A model generated the notes under the pieces. It did no database searches. It was not told the origin of the DNA and saw only the letters and a list, made by a program, of their open reading frames with translations. A stretch of DNA of 64,000 bases, from positions 58,838,001-58,902,000 of the forward strand of contig OX597826.1 of assembly GCA_951406725.2 (NCBI GenBank). Direction: 5' to 3'. Below, one piece after another: positions 54,521-64,000 of this stretch. Each line of letters opens with the position of its first letter. Position 1 is the stretch's first letter. Both the position numbers and the translations under genes were made by a program. Origin of the DNA: Octopus vulgaris. Taxonomy: Eukaryota.

Positions 54521-55809
54521 TGCATAGAAAGATATATGTATGTGTATGCGTGTGTGCGAGTGTGTGTGTATGTATGTGCGTTTGCGTGTGTGTGCGTGTG
54601 TACGTAGTGAACAGAGTGTATGATCAATTATGGGAAGCAAGGGTGATGAAAGTATGCAACAACACGTGTGATGAAGTTAACGGAAAAGTCGTGTTAGACA
54701 TGTCTGTTGGTGAGGTGTGGGCTTTGGTAGAGTGGTGAGGTGCAGCGCGAGATAGAGATATGCGTTCGAGCGTTAGGTTGGCAGGGGTAAACGGGACTCA
54801 ACATCCCCCTTTTTTTAAGCCAGTCAGACCTAACTCTACTCACATACTAGCATACCAATCCACCTATGTACTTACGCACCTACTACTACTACTACCCTCG
54901 GAATTTCTGGTTCTGAAACTACACCCTCCACCATTGCCACTGCTCCTACCACCACCACTACTCTTACCACTACCACTACCACTACCAGGCTTTCTTCATC
55001 GTGTCTCGTTTGACGTGGATTAACAATGGAGTTCACGAAATATTAACCAAAGCTTGCACGTCGACTTGTTTGCAGCTCAGCATAGCTCCCCTCAATATGG
55101 CCGCCATCATTGCGGTTGGGGTCTTTAACACCGCCATCACCATCACTAACTTGCAACATAACTATAACTACCACTGCTAACACAAGCGCTGACACCACTA
55201 TGAATACTACGTACATCTCCAAAGCCGCCATATTAAACAGTTTAACTGTTATCACTAAAATTCCCATCGCCGCCACTCTCATTCCCATCAATTCCACCAC
55301 TGCAGCCCCCACCGCTGCCGCCAACAATACCACTGTCACTACCAAAACTAACGCCTGATACACGCACGCACACACACACAACCGTTGATAGTGTTCCCGC
55401 TGCCGCCGCTTGTCTTGCGTCCGCCATCGCTGACACTGTTTCGTCCGCTGCTGCCGTAACTGTCGCCAACACCGTCGCTCACCACCATTACAACCACGAT
55501 CAAGATCTACAATAGTATCGCCCACCATTGTCGTCCATTGCTAAACTCAACCAATTTACCACCACCATTAGCACCGCCTCCAAAAACATCGTCAACATCA
55601 CAAGCAGCAACTCTATCACCACCACCACTACCATCACCACCACCACTAGCATTGCGATCAACACCACCGTCAACACGAACAACTTCAATTGTGAAAACCG
55701 CTCGCACAAAACCCATTAGCTCTGCGATCGGTACCAAAGACACAACTACCAATGTAATACCAAGCATACCGGCCACTCCAGGCGCAATACTAATACTAAT
55801 GCCATACAG

Positions 55810-56192
55810 TGGAGGCGCAATGGCCCAGTGGTTAGGGAAGCGGACTCGCGGTCATAGGATCGCGGTTTCGATTCTCAGACCGGGCGTTGTGAGTGTTTAT
55901 TGAGCGAAAACACCTAAAGCCCCACGAGGCTCCGGCAGGGGATGGTGGTGATCCCTGCTGTACTCTTTCACCACAACTTTCTCTCACTCTTACTTCCTGT
56001 TTCTGTTGTACCTGTATTTCAAAGGGCCAGCCTTATCACTCTCTGTGTCACGCTGAATATCCCCGAGAACTACATTAGCGGTACACGTGTCTGTGGAGTG
56101 CTCAGCCACTTACACGTTAATTTCACGAGCAGGCTGTTCCGTTGATTCGGATCAACCGGAACCCTCGTCGTCGTAACCGACGGAGTGCTTCC
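55810..56192 (+). mobile_element. SINE family C, middle type 2, tail type 2
   Basis: GGAGGCGCAATGGCCCAGTGGTTAGG head; middle as at 62097; tail as at 50170. Confidence 0.88.
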
Positions 56193-56288
56193 ACAATACC
56201 ATACTCTGTGGTGGTGGTGGTGGTGATGATGATGATGATGATGGCGGTGGTAGTAGTAGTGGTCGTAGTGGTGGTGGTGGTGGTGGTA

Positions 56289-56319
<31 letters not shown>

Positions 56320-56614
56320 GGACGATGATGATGATAATGAAGATGATGCTGGGGCTAGCCACTTCCACTAGATCCGCTGAAAAAGAGTGAATTCATCCGT
56401 AGTGATAATTACAAATAAATCATATTCAATCTGCCTCCCCGCCACCCGCTTCACGTACACACGCTTACAAAAATATTTTCCGTTGTCTTTCTGTTTCCTA
56501 CCAATGTAAAACTCGCAAATGCAATTTCGAAGATCCAGCATTCTTTCACTTCTTGAGATGTTATGATCAACGTTTACATTTGTTGCTATTGTTACAAGTC
56601 AGGGTAGAATTGAT

Positions 56615-56755
56615 CATGCATTCTTGGTCATCACCAAAGTGTAGAAAGACATCATACGGTCTGTCCTTCCACATCGGTAGCATCTGGGTCTCCTGTCTTT
56701 CGTCATCAATTGAACCATCATCGTACTCCTCAAACATATACTCGATGTTATCTTT
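56615..56755 (-). pseudogene. Degenerate gag/ORF1-like zinc-knuckle relic
   Basis: Minus frame reads KDRRPRCYRCGRTDRMMSFY, a CX2CX4HX4C motif with the H and last C lost. Confidence 0.45.
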
Positions 56756-56966
56756 TATTAAACTTTTAATACTTTTGATATATATTTAAAATAATATAAA
56801 TTAATTAATTTTATGTATTGGCTTATGTTTTTCATTGTTTGATTTGCCTAATAGCGGTTTTATCTCTAATTTAATATAATATAATATAATATATTTATAC
56901 TATAAAATTGGATTTAATCCTAAATCTGATTTTTCCCTGTAAGTTTGAATTTATTCCCTAATATTT

Positions 56967-57036
<70 letters not shown>

Positions 57037-57074
57037 GTATAAATATGTGTGTGTATGTATGCATATGCATGGAT

Positions 57075-58088
57075 GTGTGCCTGCTCACCCTGTCCTTCTC
57101 TATACATCGGTCAAACGGGACACCGCTTCGCTGACCGGTTTGAGGAACACCCCCAAGACATTCGACTCGGCAACGACACCCTGTTCTCGCGCCATTTCCG
57201 CTCTACCGGTCACTTTTTACAACACCTGTGTGTGTTCGGATTGTCCTTTCACAGGGGCCATCCGGATTCTCATCTTCGTTGTGAGCAGGGATTAATCTTG
57301 TCTCTTCGCTTCTTTGCGTCACATGGGCTCAACTCTCCTGCCCTCTTCATTTAACCCTCATCTTCTCTCCTCTCTTACTCTCACACTTACTTCCTCTCAC
57401 CCACATCTCCTCACTTGCTCTGGCATCTACTTCCTCTCTTCACTCTTATCCACCTTCTCCCGTCTACCCTCTCCCTTCATCGTCACCCCTCCCTCCTTAC
57501 CCCATCCCTACACATTCCAACCTACCATCCCAATACATTCCATCCCACCCCACCCATCCCTTAAACCCCATTCTTGCTTCCTCTACTCTCACCTCCCCAA
57601 ACCCCAACACCAACACACCACACACCACGACACCACACCACCACACACACCACACCACATTCTACCATCCCGCGCACACTAGCACTAACCACTTCCCAGC
57701 ACCCACACCAGCGCACACACAGGCACTGACCAATTCCCAGCACAATCACCACCATCCACACACCTACACATGCACACACGCACACATCAATGTCTCCTTC
57801 CACACGCACATACACGCTCTCACATACACTCGCAGGCGCACCTTCGTTTAGGGATCACCACTACTTTATTATCTCACCTTCTTCCTAGCCCTCCTGTGTG
57901 ACCCCTCTCTTCGGCATTCGTCATAGTAGATCGCTAGCAACTAAAGATTTTTCTGATTTCTCTCCCTGCTTATTTTCGTGTTCCTTTCTGTAGAAGAGCG
58001 TACGCTCGAAACTAAAAGACTTTCTCACTTCCCGAGCACTAAAGTAATACATCTGTTTGTTGTTTAGACACTCGTCTTCGTCTTTTGT
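57075..58088 (+). mobile_element. 5'-truncated Penelope-like element (GIY-YIG end plus pLTR) between microsatellites
   Basis: GIY-YIG coding remnant, C-rich UTR, hammerhead-like motif at 57984-58018 (CTTT-CTGTAGA-A-GAGCgtacGCTC-GAAA-CT-A-AAAG), 3' end at (TA)n. Confidence 0.85.
57079..57354 (+). pseudogene. Penelope GIY-YIG endonuclease C-terminal fragment
   Basis: CSPCPSLYIGQTGHRFADRFEEH..SRHF..EQGLI..HGLN: CxxC, YIGQT, R..EH, HF, catalytic E and terminal GLN motifs. Confidence 0.88.
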
Positions 58089-58105
58089 ATTTTTTGTAAA
58101 TTCTC

Positions 58106-58166
<61 letters not shown>

Positions 58167-58526
58167 CACACATACATGTACACAGACACACAAACACACG
58201 CACATTCATTTTCATGCATACACACTCATATGTATGCATATATATATATTTTTATATGTATATGTATGTACGTGTGTCTCTGTGGGTCTTTGTGTTTGCA
58301 TATGTATGTGTTTGCGTGTGTATATTTATGGGGTGTGTGTGTGTGTGTGTGCTGGTGTATTAGATTGTATATTTGCGAAAGGAAAATTCTGTTACCCGCC
58401 CAAACGGCCTGAAGCTTCCAATTTTAGAATCAATTAGAAAGCAAATCACAAAAATACATTATATGGAAATATTTATTGATCCAGTTTGAATACAATAAAG
58501 ACTTCAGCTCCCATACCCTAACCTCA

Positions 58527-58580
<54 letters not shown>

Positions 58581-58849
58581 TATATAAGAATACATATATA
58601 TGTATACACATACACGCACACACTCATATAATGTATATATACATATACATGTATATATATACACTCGTTCTGACACATCTACATACTATGCAAATATATA
58701 CACATAAGCACAAATACGCGTATGTGTGTTTAGCTAGGTAAGTTCATACATATATATATTCTTTTCTTTTATTTGGTTCAGTCATCTGACTGCGGCCATG
58801 CTGGAGCACCACCATTAGTCGAAAAAATCGACCCAGGTCTTATTCTTTA

Positions 58850-59826
58850 CTAGCAGTATCGCCCGGCGTTGCTCGGGTTGTAAGGGAAATAACTATATAA
58901 GCATTTTTAGAGAGTTATAGCCAAAAAATAGCAAAAAAATGCATTAAAAATTGAAAAAAAATTAAGGTAATTTTTTTTTTAAATCGTTGACACATCGTAG
59001 ATATTTTTAGAGAGTTACTTCCCTTATATAAAAGCGAAAAAATGCATTAAAATGGAAAAATATGATGGTAAATTTTTTTAAATCGTAGACTCATCGTAGA
59101 CGCGCGCTAATACCCAGAAGGGCTCGATATGAATCACGACTATAAGATACACGCTTTTAGTTAAACTGCACCGCAAAATGTGGGAGTAGTTACGAATCTA
59201 AATCGTAGGAGACAGACACACAACTTCACTCTTATATAAAGATGCTTTTTTTTTTCAGTCATAGAGTTAGATTTATGAAGGTCTTCAGTAGAAAATCCTT
59301 CGAATTCTGACTCGCTGCTTGATATAATGAAATTCGTATCCATTTTTTGTCAGAATTACAAATTTTGAAAACACAATAGGAACAAATTTCGGAAAAAAAT
59401 CTCCCATAATTCACGGAATTAAAATTACACTTCGATTTTTGTACAAAACTGTAGTTGAACTCTTTACGAAGTATAATACGTGTTTCCACGAATGTACTAA
59501 AGAGATTTACTCTGATATTCTCATTTAAATATGAATAGGTAAATTCGGGCGGTTTGGTAACGAAAGGGTTAAACGGATGCATACATTTATTAATAACTAT
59601 ATATAAGTGTCGTCTGTTTATACATAAACACTGTTTCATACTGCGATTATATATACATATATCTATATATAATATCTCTTATTATAAAAGGCAGATTTTA
59701 TCTGCCTCCCTTTGGGAGTTATACAAATCTACAATATAGGATTTCTTCAATTACAATTAAGAGCTAAGAGTGAGTGAAAATGTTCTTGGAAGAGAGTAAT
59801 TAGTAATAAAGTAAACATACACTCAT

Positions 59827-59882
<56 letters not shown>

Positions 59883-59937
59883 ACACACATACATACACAC
59901 ACACATACATACATACACACACATACATACACACATA

Positions 59938-59969
<32 letters not shown>

Positions 59970-61097
59970 CATACATACATACAGTGTTCTTTTAGAACAA
60001 CGACTTCATGGCTTCAAGACACCAAAACAGAAATGGCTAAGAAAGCGTCTACATGAGTCTACGATTTAAAAAAAAATTTACCATCGTTTTTTGTCCATTT
60101 TAATGCATTTTTTCGCTATTATATAAGGGAAGTAACTCTCTAAAAATGTCTACGATGAGTCAACGATTTAAAAAAAAATTTACCATCATATTTTTTCCAT
60201 TTTTAATGCATTTTTTGCTATTTTTTGGCTATAACTCTCTAAAAATGCTTATATAGTTATTTCCCTTACAAACCCGAGCAACGCCGGGCGATACTGCTAG
60301 TTATATAATAAAATATATACAGAGTAAAATAAAAATCAATTTACCTTTTCTGTATTGTTATAGCAAATGTGTTGGAATGATAAGTGAGTTGTGTTTTGGC
60401 GCCTTTTTTACTAATAACAAACACACACGTGTTTGTATGTAGTTGTTTGAAACGTTTGTGTTTGCCACTCTCATATATGTATGTGTATGCGTGTGTGTGA
60501 GGAATGACACACACACACTCACGCACGCACACATGTACATCAATGCTTTCGGAGTGAAATGTTAAAATATTGAGTTTTCTCGAATTTTGTCTTAATTGGT
60601 GGTAAAATTGAAAGAAATTTTTTATGGCATCACCCACTGGAAGTACTCTGAAAAATCATGGGTACACTCTAATTGAAGAAATTGTGTGAGGAGTAAATCG
60701 TTATGTATTTATTTGTTTCTGTTTGCTGTTTTTTTTTTAGTAGTGGTTTAAGGTACACTCCTCTCGTTTTATCGAATTAGTTTCACTTTACTTGCAAAGA
60801 GAAGGTCGTAGAAATGAGTGATAGCGTGAGTGAATGAGATCGCTCCCTTTTTTGTGTGTGTGTGTGTGCGAGTGCTGTAGCCCACATTAAGAGAAGCATT
60901 TGACTCATACACCACAATGTGAGTTTTCTGTAAATTTTGCTTAATTGGGGTTGAAATTTTAAAAACTGGACCTGGCATGACCCGATGCATTCTACTCTTA
61001 AAAATGCTATGTAAATTGTAATTGAAGAAATCCTATATTGTAGATTTCTATAACTGACAAAGGGAGGCAGATAAAATCTGCCTTTTATAATAAGAGA
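58850..61097 (-). mobile_element. Non-autonomous Helitron (family of 28416) inserted in a SINE A (58760-58849 and 61098-61310)
   Basis: Minus-strand TC at 61097 and CTAG at 58850; the SINE reads through as TTATTCTTTA|TAAGCCTAGTACT. Confidence 0.9.
59675..60300 (+). mobile_element. Nested shorter Helitron of the same family, opposite orientation
   Basis: A|TCTCTTATTATAAAAGGC start; hairpin and CTAG|T end at 60300. Confidence 0.9.
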
Positions 61098-61319
61098 TAA
61101 GCCTAGTACTTATTCTATCAATCTCTTTTTCCGAACAGCTAAGTGACGGGGACGTAAACACACCAGCATCGGTTGTCAAGCGATGGTGGGGGGGGGGGAC
61201 AAACACACACACATATACATTTATATGTATATATACACGACAGGCTTATTTAAGTTTACTGCTACTAAATCCACTTACAAGCTTTGGTCGGCCTGAGACT
61301 ATAGCAAAATTCTTTTGCG

Positions 61320-61951
61320 ACGAAATCTCTTCCTGGACTCTCTGAAAACCATGATAAAGTTCTCTCTGTTGGACACCTGTTCAGAGAGAGTTCGATGGGT
61401 GCCTATGATGCCCTTACTGTCGAAAAGGGAATCATCATGAGCTTCCCACTGGACTTGCTTTACCTGGCATTCTTGGGTCTGGGGCAGTCAGGATGCCTCC
61501 ATGTCTTTTCGTCTCAGGGTTTTAAATATAGATCCAACTTTCGTCACTGGACATCAAAGACTGAAGTACTTTTGGATTACGGATAATGTACCAAATCGTC
61601 TCCCTGCTATCACTAACATGTCTTTCCCTCTACTAGCCACTCAGTACCCACGTTCGGACCCTCATAAATAATTCCGTGAAAAGTTGACACATCAATTCCA
61701 AACTACTTGCATGCTGTCTTTATGGACACACAACGGTCTTCATCCAGAAGTTTGCAAATTTTATTAATCGGCTCAGATGTTCTCACGTCCCTCTCCTTGC
61801 CATATTCGTCATCGTCTTTCACCTCCTCTTTACCAACTTTGACTCTTTTGTGCCAGCGGAAAGCAGATGATCGATTCATACTGGTTAATCGGTTAACACA
61901 AAACTTTATAGCATGACACGCTTCCAAATTTTTCTCATGTTCCGACGGCAT
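61320..61951 (-). pseudogene. Mariner transposase relic
   Basis: AIKFCV..AFRWHKR..LLDEDR, SDESWIY..PETKR and PRPKNAR..SGKLM motifs, with stops and frameshifts. Confidence 0.85.
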
Positions 61952-62096
61952 TCTGCAAACTAGTCAGCTGCGCAAAACAATGTTAGGCAGGTGTGTTCAA
62001 GGTGCAGCTACAGCTATCCCCATCAATCTGCAATAACAAAAGTTGGCAGCTCAGCTTATTCAATGCATATTAATGATATACTAATATTACAATCGT

Positions 62097-62414
62097 GGAG
62101 GCGCAATGGCCCAGTGGTTAGGGCAGCGGACACGCCGTCGGAAGGGTCGCGGTTTCGATTCCCAGACCGGGCGTTGTGTGTGTTTATTGAGCGAAGACAC
62201 ATAAAGCTCCACGAGGCTCCAACAGGGGGTGGGGGTGGCGAACCCTGTTGTACCCTTTCGCCCCAACTTTCTCTCGCTCTTTCTTCCTGTTTCTTGAGTA
62301 ATGCTGCGATGGACTGGCGTCCCGTCCAGGCGGGGGGAACACATACTCCATAGAAACCGAGAAAACGGGCCCATGAGCCTGGCTAGGCTTGAAAAGGGCG
62401 CATATATAGATAAA
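62097..62414 (+). mobile_element. SINE family C, middle type 2, tail type 1, with TSD
   Basis: Direct repeat AATATTACAATC at 62083-94 and 62415-26. Confidence 0.9.
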
Positions 62415-62934
62415 AATATTACAATCATCTACAACAATTATAACTCTCACCCCTAAAAACAATCAACTCCTGAAATGCATCTCGTAAGTTTTCTGCCACT
62501 TCATTGGTTATTTTTTTGATGAAAGTTTTAAATTTGCTTATTCATTATAGAAATACCTTTTAATGATGTTAAGGACGTCTTACTTTTATGGTGTTTGTTC
62601 AAGTTTGCATCAAGAAACGATGATTTATGGTAACATAGTTTTAAAATATCATTGTTTTGGTCAGTTTATTAGGAAAGATATATCCTTATGAGTGAAGGAA
62701 TTTAACTGTGAAACTAAATTAAGAACTGTCTTATTGTAAATGGCATTTCACAGTTGATTGAGTTTGGATTCTTTACTTCAATAGCAGAATTTTTTGAAAT
62801 ACTATTATTTTGTATGCGAGTGTAAAAATCTGTTTGTTTTTTTTATGCATGATACTGTTTGGGTTCGCTGTTGTTGGTTAATCGGTTTAGGTTAAAATGA
62901 TTTGAAGTTTTCTTTGGGCACTATGAATTTCTCT

Positions 62935-63139
62935 CTTACTCTTTTACTTGTTTCAGTCATGTGACAGTAGCCATGCTGGAGCACCGGCTTTTAGTCGAGC
63001 AAATCGACCCCAGGACTTATTGTTTGTAAGCCTAGTACTTAATCTATCGGTCTCTTTTGCCGAAACGCTAAGTTACGGGGACGTAAACACACCAGCATCG
63101 GTTGTCAAGCGATGTTGGGGAAAAACAGACACACAAACA

Positions 63140-63201
<62 letters not shown>

Positions 63202-63370
63202 TATATACGTTGGGCTTCTTTCAGTTTCCGTCTACCAAATCTACTCACAAGGCTTTGGTCGGCCCGAGGCTATAGTAGAAAACACTTGCTCAAGGTTCTA
63301 CGCAGTGGGACTGAACCCGGAACCATGTGCTTGGTAAGCAAGCTACTTACCACCCACCCACTCCTGCGCT
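62935..63370 (-). mobile_element. Full-length SINE family A
   Basis: Reverse complement of the family consensus. Confidence 0.9.
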
Positions 63371-63699
63371 TAACTGAAGAATTTCTTTTTATTTTATGTT
63401 CATAATTGGCCAAATACTCATGGTTATTATTTCATTAGAGCATTTGTTATTTGTATCCTTTATATCCTTCTTGATGTCATAGTTGATTGGTTACGACTAA
63501 AATATTTGAAACTATAAATGTAAGTATACATGCAAACGCATATATGTATGCGTATGTGTCAATGTGAGTATGTGGACAAGTGTAGCTGTTCTGCTCTCCC
63601 TCTTATCCTGTTTGGTCCTCGGACAATTTTTCGAAGACGAATTTTCTTTTGATGTCAGCAGCGTTATAAGATTTCATTCATCCAGTTTAGATTGTGTGT

Positions 63700-64000
63700 T
63701 CTGGGTGATTATGTAACATTTTCTGCATTGATCATAGAAGAGTTTCCATGTCATATGTATCTAACTTTGAAGGCTCTACATGTTTGTACCGATGTGCCAT
63801 TTTATTCCAGTTTGCGTAATTGCTTCAGTTTTCGGCTGTATTTTGTGTGTTTGCTTGATGTGTTTCATGTTTTTGTGCAGTTGTATTGCTTTTGTGATTT
63901 ATTTGTCGAACATTTTGTGATATTTATGCTTTGTTGGGAAGTGCTTATCCAGTACTATTAATGTGTCTGCTATATTTGTTGATACATTAAGCCTGAATGA
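63700..64000 (-). pseudogene. Penelope-like RT C-terminal/linker relic, running off the window
   Basis: Minus strand reads FRLNVSTNIADTLIVLDKHFPTKHKYHKMFDK, resembling PF..NV.TNIG..FL.L.DKHFP..H..HKIFN. Confidence 0.7.

Noticed and set aside
54870-55800. Thr/Pro-rich mucin-like ORFs
   Set aside because: Decayed (CCA/CTA)n-type simple sequence with stops, open on both strands.
55810-55885. tRNA genes (also at 10170-10245 and 62097-62170)
   Set aside because: These are tRNA-like heads of SINEs; they continue into shared repeat bodies, and I could not form a proper acceptor stem.
56565-56755. 62-codon minus-strand frame KDNIEYMFEEYDDG... as a host exon
   Set aside because: No pyrimidine-rich acceptor and no recognisable domain; an overlapping frame is better explained as a retroelement zinc-knuckle relic.

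Overview
Eukaryotic, AT-rich, repeat-dominated DNA. The SINE families and microsatellite density point to an Octopus (coleoid cephalopod) genome; this is an inference from recognised repeats, not a database result. No intact host protein-coding gene is supportable: nearly all ORFs in the track are translations of microsatellites or satellite DNA. Main contents: (1) a ~13.7-kb satellite of 10-bp near-palindromic monomers (AAACCGGTTC, 13132-26856) with a fixed 30-bp punctuation block, 510- and 1197-bp higher-order duplications and an internal ~2.8-kb inversion, preceded by 9-bp and 22-bp repeat arrays; (2) many Penelope-like element (PLE) fragments whose 3' ends abut (TA)n tracts and which carry hammerhead ribozyme motifs, one canonical (11836-11921, downstream of a CCAAT-CRE-TATA cluster) and several with recurrent core variants; (3) non-autonomous Helitrons, including a Helitron nested in a Helitron inside a SINE and a captured piggyBac-like end; (4) three tRNA-derived SINE families; (5) mariner/Tc1 and LINE relics, a MITE with a local empty-site paralog, a 445-bp foldback element, and two local inverted duplications on the 5' side of PLE fragments. 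All alignments and folds were done by eye.
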